A stretch of DNA of 64,000 bases from positions 448,001 through 512,000 of the forward strand of contig CAXXXD010000003.1 of the NCBI GenBank assembly GCA_963663385.2, in the 5' to 3' direction. The translations under genes were made by a program, and so were the position numbers. The stretch comes from Oceanispirochaeta sp. (GTDB taxonomy: Bacteria > Spirochaetota > Spirochaetia > DSM-2461). Position 1 is the stretch's first letter. Each line of letters opens with the position of its first letter. Positions 37,316 to 47,242 of the stretch are shown piece by piece. The notes beneath the pieces were generated by a model. That model searched no databases and had not been told where the DNA came from. It saw only the letters and a program-made list of their open reading frames with translations.

Positions 37316-37647
37316 TTTTTTCTGTTTTTTTCTAATGTGTTTCAGTATAAGAAAATAGATTGATTTTTCATATAGAGCTGTTTCCAGGGGAGTACGATTT
37401 TCCTTTTTTTCTGTTTCTGATTGATTCAAACTTCTCCCAGGCTGAATAATGTGAGTCATACTGACACTCCCCGAAAACCCGTACCCTTTTTTCTGTATCA
37501 GATCAGTCAAAATGAACCGGCCTGTCTGAAAAACTATTCCAGACAGGCCTCTATTAAGGAGAAAACCGTACCCTGGAATCTATTCACAAATACACTCCCT
37601 TCCGCTATGATAATATAATACTATTCAATTTATCGGGAGTGGGGACT

Positions 37648-38940
37648 ATGACCATACAGGAACGGGCGGCAGATGCCCGCAAGGCATCCTTGAATCTGGC
37701 AGCTCTGGGCGGGAGTGTGAAAAACCGTGCCCTGGATGCCATGGCGGATGGTTTGAAGAGCCGTATGCAGGAAATACTGGATGCCAACAGGGAAGACTGC
37801 GAAAGGAGTGAGAGGGAGAATATTCCCGGACCGCTGCTAAAGCGCCTTGCTTTTGGAGAGGAAAAGATCGCTCAGGTCATTGACGGCATCCTTAGTCTTA
37901 AAAAACTCCCCGATCCTGTGGGAAAAACCCAGCTGTCAACAGAGCTGGATGAGGGACTGGAACTGTACCGTATCAGCTGCCCTATCGGGGTAGTGGGGAT
38001 TATTTTTGAATCCCGTCCCGATGCGCTTGTTCAGATATCCTCTCTTTGTCTGAAAAGCGGAAATGCCGTTCTTCTGAAGGGCGGATCGGAAGCGGCTCTC
38101 ACAAACCGGATTCTGGCGGATATAATCAGTAACGCCACGGTCGAAGCCGGTCTTCCCGAAGGCTGGATTCAGCTTGTGGAAACCAGGGCTGATGTAAACG
38201 AGATGTTTAAGCTCAGCGAAAGTATCGATCTGCTGATACCACGGGGATCCAATGCTTTTGTCAAGTATATTATGGAGAACTCCAGCATACCCGTACTGGG
38301 GCATTCTGACGGTATCTGTCATATCTATCTGCACGGTGATGCGGATCCTGCCAAGGTCATCCCGGTGCTGATAGATTCAAAAACCCAGTATGTGGCAGCC
38401 TGCAACAGTGTGGAAACCCTGCTTGTTCATAAGGATGCCGTAACTCTTCTGCCGCAGATAAAAGAGTCTCTGGAAAGCCGGAATGTGGAACTCTGCGGCT
38501 GTGAACGAACCTGTAAAGTTATAGACATCCCTTCCGCTGCCCCTGAAGACTGGGCTACCGAATACGTAGACTATAAACTGTCTATAAAGGTGGTGGATTC
38601 CCTGGACGAGGCTATTGATCATATCAATACATACGGATCGGGGCATACAGATTCCATAATGACGGAAGACAAGGGGGCCGCCGCCCGTTTTATGAACCTG
38701 GTGGATGCGGCCGGGGTGTTCTGGAACTGTTCCACCCGTTTCAGCGACGGTTTCCGTTTCGGCTTCGGGGCGGAAATCGGTATCAGCACCAGTAAAATCC
38801 ACGCCCGCGGTCCTGTCGGCCTTGAGGGCCTGATGATCTATAAATACAAGGTCCTCGGCAGCGGTCAGACGGCCGCCATGTATGCCAGCAGGGAAAGAAC
38901 TTTTAAACATGCCCCGCTGAACAGAGACTGTCCTCTGTAG
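37648..38940 (+). CDS. proA: Gamma-glutamyl phosphate reductase
   Basis: PIGVVGIIFESRP, LKGGSEA, ACNSVET, GSGHTD, STRFSDG..GAEIGIST..HARGPVGL. Confidence 0.96.
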   Translation: MTIQERAADARKASLNLAALGGSVKNRALDAMADGLKSRMQEILDANREDCERSERENIPGPLLKRLAFGEEKIAQVIDGILSLKKLPDPVGKTQLSTELDEGLELYRISCPIGVVGIIFESRPDALVQISSLCLKSGNAVLLKGGSEAALTNRILADIISNATVEAGLPEGWIQLVETRADVNEMFKLSESIDLLIPRGSNAFVKYIMENSSIPVLGHSDGICHIYLHGDADPAKVIPVLIDSKTQYVAACNSVETLLVHKDAVTLLPQIKESLESRNVELCGCERTCKVIDIPSAAPEDWATEYVDYKLSIKVVDSLDEAIDHINTYGSGHTDSIMTEDKGAAARFMNLVDAAGVFWNCSTRFSDGFRFGFGAEIGISTSKIHARGPVGLEGLMIYKYKVLGSGQTAAMYASRERTFKHAPLNRDCPL

Positions 38941-38966
38941 ATAAACATTAAACAGGAGTATACCCG

Positions 38967-39494
38967 ATGAATCGTATAAATATTGAACCGAAGGATCTGA
39001 CCGTTAAGGCGACGGATATCTGGGCTGATCGATGGCTTATCCTCACGGCGGGAGATTTTAAAAGCGGTAAATATAATCCCATGACAGTGGCCTGGGGCAG
39101 TATCGGGACCATGTGGCATAAACCCTTTGCCCAGGTGGTTGTCCGGCCTCAACGATATACTTTTGAATTTATGGAACGCTACCCGGATTTTACCCTGTCC
39201 GTACTGCCTGCAGAGCAGAAGAAAGCCATGCAGCTGATGGGTTCCGTTTCCGGAAGGGACAGGGATAAAATTTCCGAGGCCGGACTGACTGTTATGGCTT
39301 CGGAAATAGTGCAGGCTCCCGCTTATGATGAGGCGGAACTGATTCTGGAATGCCGCACCCTCTACACGGATAAAATGCGCCCCGAAGGTTTCAAGGATCC
39401 AGCCCTGGATAACAACTATAAAGCCGCGGACTATCACCGGATCTACTTTGGAGAGATCCTGAGGGTATCCGGTCTGGATAAATACCGGTCCTGA
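38967..39494 (+). CDS. Flavin reductase family protein
   Basis: NPMTVAWG, VRPQRYT, GSVSGRDRDK, HRIYFGEI. Confidence 0.9.
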   Translation: MNRINIEPKDLTVKATDIWADRWLILTAGDFKSGKYNPMTVAWGSIGTMWHKPFAQVVVRPQRYTFEFMERYPDFTLSVLPAEQKKAMQLMGSVSGRDRDKISEAGLTVMASEIVQAPAYDEAELILECRTLYTDKMRPEGFKDPALDNNYKAADYHRIYFGEILRVSGLDKYRS

Positions 39495-39529
39495 TTCTAT
39501 CTGCTCCGGTCGATCCGGATACGGGGCAT

Positions 39530-40399
39530 TTAATAAATCCTGCTTTTAATGGAGAGGATCATTGTCAGGGATGAAATTATACCGATAAAAAGGATTATCC
39601 CGAAAATGACTACTTCTGCAGGATTAAGGGAAATCCCGGACAGGGTCATGGTAATCATCATGGCTGTAAGGGCCAGGGCCATAGTCAGCAGTTTCATCAA
39701 TAGAACAGCTCCCAGGGTTATTCCGAAGGCTTCCCTTTTCAGAATCTGAATCCCCGCCAGGATACAGGCGGGAACGATGACTGCCAGATCATGGGTTTGA
39801 ATGGTCAGGCTCGAGTAGTGTTCCAGGCCGTAGGGAGCTGTCCCGCTCAGCAGGGCGGGAACAATCCTCCCCAGCCATAGAAGGGTCAGCAGAATCCCCA
39901 TCCCGATCAGATAGGATCCCAGAAAACGGCGGGGAAAACGATGTGACAGGGAGGCTTTTACCTCCTCCTTGTCTATTCTCATGAATTCCCGGATCAGGGC
40001 AAACAGGGAAAGGCTGAACAGAAACACATACAGAAGGTACAGTTCGTTAAAAATACTGAGGTAGGCATAGGAACTGTAGGTATAGAGAAAATAACCCAGA
40101 CAGCCCATGTATAAAAGACGGCCCCTCATGGAACCTTTTCGCTTAAACAGGAATGACGCGATAAAAAGAGGGATCCCGAATACCAGAGTAACCGCATCCT
40201 GTCCCCGTGCCTGGGCGGCTACAGATACCGAGTCGTTTTTGTATAATCCCCTGTTTTCCAGCTGGACTATTTCATTCCGGACCGTTTCGTATGACCGGGG
40301 CGGGACTGTCCTTTCTCCCGGAAAGAAGCCTGAGATTGAAGCGATCCCCGCTCCCAGGCAGATAAAAATTAAAAGTAAAGAGGATAATCCTGATTTCAT
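39530..40399 (-). CDS. Multi-pass membrane protein
   Basis: About 8 TM segments; GLYKND..QARGQD. Confidence 0.75.
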   Translation of the reverse strand: MKSGLSSLLLIFICLGAGIASISGFFPGERTVPPRSYETVRNEIVQLENRGLYKNDSVSVAAQARGQDAVTLVFGIPLFIASFLFKRKGSMRGRLLYMGCLGYFLYTYSSYAYLSIFNELYLLYVFLFSLSLFALIREFMRIDKEEVKASLSHRFPRRFLGSYLIGMGILLTLLWLGRIVPALLSGTAPYGLEHYSSLTIQTHDLAVIVPACILAGIQILKREAFGITLGAVLLMKLLTMALALTAMMITMTLSGISLNPAEVVIFGIILFIGIISSLTMILSIKSRIY

Positions 40400-40770
40400 T
40401 AGTCATTTCTCCCATTGAATATATTCAGTATAACACCTGAAAAACGGATTTCTGTTATTGTATAGTTTATACTGAAAATCAATGTATTACTTATTTCAGC
40501 AGCTTACAAGAAGGGAATTCCGGCTGGTACCGGCGCCAGCTTTATCGATGATCTTCCGGCTTCGGTCCAGCTGGCTATAGGGTCGGCGGTTGTACCTGTC
40601 AAGGGGGTGAAAGACAGGAATCGCTTTGAATTATTCCTGTTTATCCCTTTTTATTTTGCTTTTCATTTTATCCGCTTTGTAATAGACTTTTACTTCTGAA
40701 AGACCGTTGACAGGCACAGCTGTGCGGATCAACTAATTGCATCAACTGTGTTTTATCGTAGGAGGACATC

Positions 40771-42441
40771 ATGAATAGCAGACCCTGGGAGTTTCTGGAA
40801 GAGTACAGAGGGGATTTTTTTACAGGAGAATGGCCGACTCTGCCGGAAGTCCTTAAAATCACTGCAAACCGTTACCCCAAAAGGCGGTCTTTTACCTCAT
40901 ATGCACCGGACCTTCTGGAATTCAACTTTTCAGAGGTTCTGGAAAAATCCGAAATGCTGGGACAGTACCTGCACTCGCTTGGTGTAAAGAAGGGGGACAG
41001 AGTCGGAGTAACCGGCAAGAACTCTCCCGAATGGGCTCTCGGTTATCTGGGTGTGCTTTTTGCCGGAGGGACTGTCGTTCCTCTGGATTACGGTCTGAAA
41101 AGCAAAGAGATTAAGGGACTGATGGAAATCTCCGAAGTGGAGATCCTGTTCTGTGATGAAGAAAAATATGATTTTTTCAAGGAGCAGGGGCTCAGGAAAA
41201 TGATCAGTCTTTCTCCCCAAAAAGATAATTATATCCTGGATATCAAATGTGATGCCCAGGAAGAGATCGAACTGCCAAAGGAAGAGGATCTGGCTGCCAT
41301 TCTGTTTACTTCCGGAACGACCGGTGTGGCCAAGGGGGTAATGCTGACTCATCAGAATTTTGTCAGCGACGCCTATCAGGCTCAGGCGCATATGAATATC
41401 TTTCATACAGATGTATTTTATGCCCTCCTTCCTCTGCATCACTCCTATTCCATGCTTGCTGTATTCATTGAATCCCTGGCGGTTGGCGCTGAAGTCGTAT
41501 TTGCCAAACATCTTGCTATACAGCAGATCCTGAAGGATCTGAAACAGGGAAAAGTCACCATGTTTCTGGGAATCCCCATGTTGTTCAACAAACTGATTAA
41601 AGGGTTGATGAAGGGCGTTCGTGAGAAGGGGATTGTTGTTTACGGGCTGATTCGAACAATGATGTGGTTGAGCGGGATTATTAAAAAATACTTCCATGTG
41701 AATCCGGGAAAGAAAATGTTCAATGGCCTCCTGGCCAAACTTTCTCTGGATACGAACCGGATCTGTATCTGCGGAGGCGGACCTCTTCCGGCGTCCACTT
41801 TTAAAATGTTCAACCAGCTTGGTATTGATTTTGTACAGGGATACGGTTTGACCGAAACCTCTCCCATTGTCGCCCTGAATCCGAAGGAAGCCTATAAGGA
41901 ATCCTCTGTGGGAAAAATGATTCCCGGAACGGATACAAAAATTCTTGATCCTGATGAAAACGGCTGCGGCGAAATTGCCATACGGGGTTCCATGATTATG
42001 AAGGGGTATTACAGGAATGAGGAGGCCACCCGGGAAGTCCTTATGGATGACGGTTTTCTTAAAACCGGAGATGTGGGGTATCTGGACAGTGATAACTACC
42101 TCTATCTGACGGGAAGGGCCAAGTCCATGATTGTTACAGAGGGTGGGAAGAATGTTTTTCCCGAAGAAATTGAAGATAAATTTCAGCTTTTTGAAGAGGT
42201 GGAACAGATTCTGGTCAGAGGGTTCCTGCTGGATGAAAAAATGAAGGTAGAGGCTATTGAGGCGTTGATCTATCCCGGAGAAGATGGAAAGGGAACCAGT
42301 GAAGAGCGTTTTCAGGAGATCATCGATGAGGTAAACCATGAGCTGAAACCCTATCAGAAAATCAATCGTTTCAAGGTCCTGGACAAACCTATGGAAATGA
42401 CGACAACTAAGAAAATAAAACGTTTTGCAGTAGACAAATAA
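40771..42441 (+). CDS. Long-chain fatty acid-CoA ligase (AMP-binding)
   Basis: FTSGTTGVAKG, QGYGLTETSP, KTGDVG, GKNVFPEEIE. Confidence 0.92.
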   Translation: MNSRPWEFLEEYRGDFFTGEWPTLPEVLKITANRYPKRRSFTSYAPDLLEFNFSEVLEKSEMLGQYLHSLGVKKGDRVGVTGKNSPEWALGYLGVLFAGGTVVPLDYGLKSKEIKGLMEISEVEILFCDEEKYDFFKEQGLRKMISLSPQKDNYILDIKCDAQEEIELPKEEDLAAILFTSGTTGVAKGVMLTHQNFVSDAYQAQAHMNIFHTDVFYALLPLHHSYSMLAVFIESLAVGAEVVFAKHLAIQQILKDLKQGKVTMFLGIPMLFNKLIKGLMKGVREKGIVVYGLIRTMMWLSGIIKKYFHVNPGKKMFNGLLAKLSLDTNRICICGGGPLPASTFKMFNQLGIDFVQGYGLTETSPIVALNPKEAYKESSVGKMIPGTDTKILDPDENGCGEIAIRGSMIMKGYYRNEEATREVLMDDGFLKTGDVGYLDSDNYLYLTGRAKSMIVTEGGKNVFPEEIEDKFQLFEEVEQILVRGFLLDEKMKVEAIEALIYPGEDGKGTSEERFQEIIDEVNHELKPYQKINRFKVLDKPMEMTTTKKIKRFAVDK

Positions 42442-42449
42442 GGATGTAA

Positions 42450-43232
42450 ATGAAACTGGAAATAAGCGATTCCGTCGAAGCTCTGATTCAACGGGTAGAA
42501 GAGGAAACTGGAAAACCGGTCCGTTGGATTCAGGCGGAGGGAATGCCCTCTATGGTAGAAGTCAGGCCCGCCAGAAAGGCGGATCCTGATCATCTGATCT
42601 ATATATCGAAAGAGTTTAAGGACCCGGAAGGACAGCATCTGATTGCCTGCAAGGGGTATCAGATTCTCCGTATTTTCCGGGAGGATGAAAAAGACCGGCT
42701 GGTTCCGTCTGCCGGGCAGGATCAGCTGAATAATGCCCGGATGCGGCTGGCTGTCGATACACAGGGCAGGCCTGATCTGGCGAAGGCCCTGAACGAAGAG
42801 GAAATTGTTAAAAGCTGGGTATTCGGCGTAGTCAATCAGCTATTGAGTCAGCCGGGGGATGTGTATATCCAGAAATCCGTCAGGGAGAATCACCCCGATC
42901 TGGTAGAGGCACAGGATTCTGTTCTGGAGCAACAGTTTTCGGATTTTATATCCGCAACGGGAGAGGAAGTAAAGCTGTTCAGCCCTAAAGTGATCTATGA
43001 TGCCTCCCTGATTATGAATGCGGTATATTTGAATCTTCTGGATCAGCAGTTGGGTACAGGGTTTATCGGACGGATAGAAAAACTGCCTTTAAGCCGTAAA
43101 ATCGGACGTCTGCTGGAGGCTTCTCTGGCTGTTCTGGAGGATTCCCCTGCAGGAGACCGGCGGATGATCGAAACCTGGGCGGAGTTTCTGGGTATCCGGG
43201 ACTGGTTTGAATGGATTCCTTTTGAATCATGA
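42450..43232 (+). CDS. Hypothetical protein
   Basis: AAGGA SD, operonic position between the ligase and DUF523 genes. Confidence 0.75.
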   Translation: MKLEISDSVEALIQRVEEETGKPVRWIQAEGMPSMVEVRPARKADPDHLIYISKEFKDPEGQHLIACKGYQILRIFREDEKDRLVPSAGQDQLNNARMRLAVDTQGRPDLAKALNEEEIVKSWVFGVVNQLLSQPGDVYIQKSVRENHPDLVEAQDSVLEQQFSDFISATGEEVKLFSPKVIYDASLIMNAVYLNLLDQQLGTGFIGRIEKLPLSRKIGRLLEASLAVLEDSPAGDRRMIETWAEFLGIRDWFEWIPFES

Positions 43233-44167
43233 GATACCTTGTCAGTGCCTGTTTAACCGGCCGATCCTGCCGGTATAATGGATCTCACTGTGTTCATCCC
43301 CTCTATAAGGAGATGCTGGAAAACGGAGAAGCGGTTCCTTTCTGTCCGGAAGTTCTGGGGGGACTGAGTATTCCCCGGGACCCGGCTGAAATACGGATGA
43401 TGGATGGAGAAAAGAAAGTTCTTACCGAAGCAGGACAGGATGTTACCGCAGCCTTCATAATCGGTGCGGATTTATCGGCCGGTCTGGCCGAACGGGAGGG
43501 GATTGCATGTGCTGTTTTAAAAAACGGCAGTCCCTCCTGCGGATTCGGAAAAATCTATGATGGAAATTTCAGGGGACAGCTTATCCCCGGACAGGGGATC
43601 TGTGCTGATATACTGGCTGAAAAAGGGCTCTTTCTGTTTAATGAAGAGAGTTTCGCAGCCAGTAGGGATGTAACACTTAAAAAACTGAGGGAAGATGATT
43701 TAAAAGAACTGATTCAGATATCCAGGGACGCTTTTCTTCAGGATTCCCGGGAAAATTCTCCCTATGGAGAGGGCGGACCGGAAGGGTATGACAGCATACC
43801 CTGGCACCGGGAAGCGGTCAGCCGCGGCAGGTTTTATACAATCCGTCTGAAGAATAAGATCGTGGGCGGGCTCTTTTACTCCCTGAAAACGGATCGTTCG
43901 GGTTGGGTCAACAGAATATTTGTAAAACCGGATTTTCAGGGACGGGGCATTGGCCGGCGTGTTTTCTTTCTGCTGGAGCAGAAGCATTCAAGAATTACCA
44001 GCTGGGGACTGGACACTCCTGTCTGGGCCGAGCATAATCAGAACTTCTATAAATCCATGGGGTATGAACCCGTCCGGGAAATCTTTTCAAGGGAAGCAGG
44101 GTACAACCTTGTTGTGCTTAAGAAAATCCGAATACAGGAGGCCGGAGTACGTCCGGTTCAGTTGTAG
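43229..44167 (+). CDS. DUF523 (2-thiouracil desulfurase-like) domain fused to a GNAT acetyltransferase
   Basis: VSACL..CRYNG, CPEVLGGL..PR, SPSCG; then FVKPDFQGRGIG and NFYKSMGY. Confidence 0.88.
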   Translation: MRYLVSACLTGRSCRYNGSHCVHPLYKEMLENGEAVPFCPEVLGGLSIPRDPAEIRMMDGEKKVLTEAGQDVTAAFIIGADLSAGLAEREGIACAVLKNGSPSCGFGKIYDGNFRGQLIPGQGICADILAEKGLFLFNEESFAASRDVTLKKLREDDLKELIQISRDAFLQDSRENSPYGEGGPEGYDSIPWHREAVSRGRFYTIRLKNKIVGGLFYSLKTDRSGWVNRIFVKPDFQGRGIGRRVFFLLEQKHSRITSWGLDTPVWAEHNQNFYKSMGYEPVREIFSREAGYNLVVLKKIRIQEAGVRPVQL

Positions 44168-44722
44168 ATGCTGACAATTAAGGAATTGATCGTTGTGGAA
44201 GGGGCTGATGATGTAGCCGCTGTGAAAAAATCCGTACAGGCGGAGGTCCTGCCTGTACATGGTTTTGCCGTCCGGTCAAAAGATACTCTGGATAAGATAC
44301 GCTTTGCCAGTGAACGGGTCGGGGTAATTGTACTGACCGATCCCGATTACGCAGGCCGTCAGATCCGGGAGACAATTGAGAAAGCCGTACCCCAGGTGAA
44401 GCATGCCTATATATCCCGCAAAGAGGGAACAAAAGGGGATAACATCGGTGTGGAAAATGCCTCACCCGAAGCTATCTGCGCCGCCCTGGAAAAAGCCCGG
44501 TATAAGATGATGGAACAGCGGGAGGAGTTCTCCCTTCAGGATATGGACTACTACGGTCTCTCCGGCGATGCCGGTTCCCGGGACCTCAGACAGAGGCTGG
44601 GAGACCGGCTTCGGATCGGATACGGGAATGCAAAGCAGTTTCTGGCCCGGCTGAACCACTATGGTATCACCAGGCAGGAGCTGGAAGATATCCTTAAAGA
44701 ACTCGACCGGGAAGAGTCCTGA
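44168..44722 (+). CDS. rnmV: Ribonuclease M5
   Basis: IVVEGADD, LTDPDYAG..IR, IGVENAS, IGYGNAKQFL.RLN. Confidence 0.93.
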   Translation: MLTIKELIVVEGADDVAAVKKSVQAEVLPVHGFAVRSKDTLDKIRFASERVGVIVLTDPDYAGRQIRETIEKAVPQVKHAYISRKEGTKGDNIGVENASPEAICAALEKARYKMMEQREEFSLQDMDYYGLSGDAGSRDLRQRLGDRLRIGYGNAKQFLARLNHYGITRQELEDILKELDREES

Positions 44723-44725
44723 ACT

Positions 44726-46249
44726 TTATTCCTGCCCCGGATGGGCGTTAATTCCGCTCTCTCTGAAATAACGGCGATGCAGGGAGAGCCTTTTCAGAAA
44801 ATCCTCATAATCTTTTTTTTCCGGGGGGAGCCAGAGAACTTCCGCCAGAGCGCAGACGCGGGGGAACATCATATATTCCAGCTGCTGCAGATCCGGTATG
44901 TACTCTGTCCATAACTGCCCCTGAGAACCCAGAACCCTTTCTGTTTTGTCGGGAGACAGTTCTTCCGGAACCGGTTCGTAGCTGTATACCTTTGAGAGAG
45001 GGGAGTATCCTCCTATCGCAAGGGGCTCATCCTCTTCGGGACGGGCCTGATAGTGATCAAAGTAGGTATGGGACTGGGGAGTCATAACAACATCGTGTTC
45101 CATTCCGGCTGCCTTGATCCCTCCTTCTTCTCCGCGCCAGCTCATGACGGCTGCATTATCCGCCAGACCTCCTTCGAGAATTTCATCCCAGCCGATAGTT
45201 CTCCTTCCTTCTGATGTAAGAAAACTATCCATCCGTCGGATAAACCAGCTCTGCAGCTCCTCTTCGTCCCCCAGATTCAGCTCAGCCATCCGCTCCTGTA
45301 TGCGGATACTGTTTTCCCACTGGTATTTCGGGACTTCATCGCCGCCAATGTGGATGAATTTCCCGGGGAAGACAGCCAGTATCTCTTCCAGCACATCCTG
45401 CATAAATGAGACTGTAGACTCTTCCGCATTCAGTATGTCCTGGCTGATTCCCCAGAGGGGGCGGACGGAAGGTGTATTGAATCCGCAGCCCAGCTGCGGA
45501 TAAGCGGCAATGGCCGCCTGCATATGGCCGGGCATATCTATTTCAGGCACAATTTCAATTTCCCGTTCCCGGGCATAGGCCACAAGATCCTTCATCTCTT
45601 CCTGTGTATAGAAGCCGCCGTACCTGTTTTCTTCATATTTACGGGGTGTTTTGCTGTAATGGCCCTTAAGGGTATGGCTTCTGAAAGCGCCTGTCCGGGT
45701 CAGTTCAGGATACTTTTTTATTTCAATCCTCCACCCCTGATCATCTGTGAGGTGAAGGTGAAGCCGGTTGAAACGGTAGAGGGCAAGGTGACTGATAAAT
45801 CTCTTGATCTGTTCTGCTGAAAAGAAGTGACGGGATACATCCAGGTGCATGCCGCGCCAGCGGAAACGGGGGGAATCGCTGATCCGGCAGCAGGGGATTT
45901 CTGTACTGTCTGCGTTGATCAGCATCTGCCGGAAGGCTTGAACCCCTCTGGCCAGCCCTTCCTTTGTCACTCCCCTGATTTCTATGGATTCCCGGCTTAC
46001 GGCAATTGTGTACGCTTCTTCGGAAAATCCCGCTTCATCGTATACCGACTCTTTTTCTGTTATAAGACTGATAATCCGGGAGGATGTCTCATCGGGGGAT
46101 AGACCGAGTTCCTTTAGGTACTGCCTCAATAATCCACTCTGTTGAAAGGACAGTTTATCTGCTTTAAGAATAAATCCACTATCTAACGGGAAGGTACCCT
46201 CTTTTTTTTCGTACTCCCTGCACTGTGGAATCAGACCAGTTACTGACAT
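44726..46249 (-). CDS. Beta-N-acetylhexosaminidase (GH20), no signal peptide
   Basis: WRGMHLDVSRHF, HLTDDQGWR, PEIDMPGH, HIGGDE, YFDHYQ, LWTEY. Confidence 0.95.
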   Translation of the reverse strand: MSVTGLIPQCREYEKKEGTFPLDSGFILKADKLSFQQSGLLRQYLKELGLSPDETSSRIISLITEKESVYDEAGFSEEAYTIAVSRESIEIRGVTKEGLARGVQAFRQMLINADSTEIPCCRISDSPRFRWRGMHLDVSRHFFSAEQIKRFISHLALYRFNRLHLHLTDDQGWRIEIKKYPELTRTGAFRSHTLKGHYSKTPRKYEENRYGGFYTQEEMKDLVAYAREREIEIVPEIDMPGHMQAAIAAYPQLGCGFNTPSVRPLWGISQDILNAEESTVSFMQDVLEEILAVFPGKFIHIGGDEVPKYQWENSIRIQERMAELNLGDEEELQSWFIRRMDSFLTSEGRRTIGWDEILEGGLADNAAVMSWRGEEGGIKAAGMEHDVVMTPQSHTYFDHYQARPEEDEPLAIGGYSPLSKVYSYEPVPEELSPDKTERVLGSQGQLWTEYIPDLQQLEYMMFPRVCALAEVLWLPPEKKDYEDFLKRLSLHRRYFRESGINAHPGQE

Positions 46250-46378
46250 ATTCTCTGCCTCCTTCGTATATTAAAGAATCTTTTATCCCATTCCGGAATG
46301 GAACAAAACACAGAAAAGATGTCAATAAACACAATTGCAATTTCTTTTTTAAGCATTACAGCTGTATAATATGGATTT

Positions 46379-47242
46379 ATGATAGAAGAAAGAACAGAAA
46401 ATAATCTGATTGATCTGCCCCCCTTTCCCGGGGAGCGGGAGATACACCGCAAGGCGGGTTTCCGGATAAGCTCTTTTCAAAGGGCTTCCTGCTATCCCGC
46501 TCTTATAAAGCCTTATAAAAGGATCTTCCGCTTTTATTCCCTTTCTCATCTGATTGAAGGGGAGGGATGGTTCTGGACTCCCGGAGGAGGCAGGCGAAAG
46601 TTTACTGCCGGGCAGGGGGTTCTGATTGCCCCCGGAGATATTCACTGCTACGGAGGAGACGGAACGGAGTATGTGGAGGATTCTCTGTGCTTCAACGGCG
46701 CTATGACCAGCTTTCTCCGGGAAACAGGGATACTCAGGACGGATCTTCTGAATATCGGTCTGGACCGGCGTCTGCTGCCGATTATGGATCTGGCCGGGGA
46801 TCCGTCGGATGACGGGCAGTTAAAGGCCAATTCAGAGTGTATCAGTCTGCTTACAGATCTCTATCTGGAAAACCGGAGGTTCGGTCAGGTTCTCAGTCAT
46901 GAGGACTCTTTAAACAGGCTGATCCGGGACCTTCAGAAAAATCCGGGGTATTGGCGCAGCGTGGAAGAGATGGCTGAATACTGCAGCATCAGCAAGAACT
47001 ATTTCAGAACTCTCTTTCGGAACAAAACCGGACGTTCTCCCCGTGAATATCAGGAAGAACTGCGGATCAACCGGGCGCTGGAGCAGATTGTACTGGCTGG
47101 ATCAAGCATTACGGCTATAGCCGGATCTCTGGGTTACAGGGATGTGTATCACTTCAGCAAGGTATTCAGGAAAAATACCGGTATGAGTCCGCGGTCCTAC
47201 AGACAGCAGCACAGTATCTCCCATAAAACTTCTTCTCTATAA
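46379..47242 (+). CDS. AraC family regulator
   Basis: Cupin-like N-terminus; IAGSLGYRDVYHFSKVFRKNTGMSP. Confidence 0.92.
   Translation: MIEERTENNLIDLPPFPGEREIHRKAGFRISSFQRASCYPALIKPYKRIFRFYSLSHLIEGEGWFWTPGGGRRKFTAGQGVLIAPGDIHCYGGDGTEYVEDSLCFNGAMTSFLRETGILRTDLLNIGLDRRLLPIMDLAGDPSDDGQLKANSECISLLTDLYLENRRFGQVLSHEDSLNRLIRDLQKNPGYWRSVEEMAEYCSISKNYFRTLFRNKTGRSPREYQEELRINRALEQIVLAGSSITAIAGSLGYRDVYHFSKVFRKNTGMSPRSYRQQHSISHKTSSL

Noticed and set aside
40930..42339. 469-aa antisense ORF and similar long shadows (20341-21186, 52791-53594, 58306-59319)
   Set aside because: They lie opposite well-supported genes, show no recognisable motifs and are explained by codon bias
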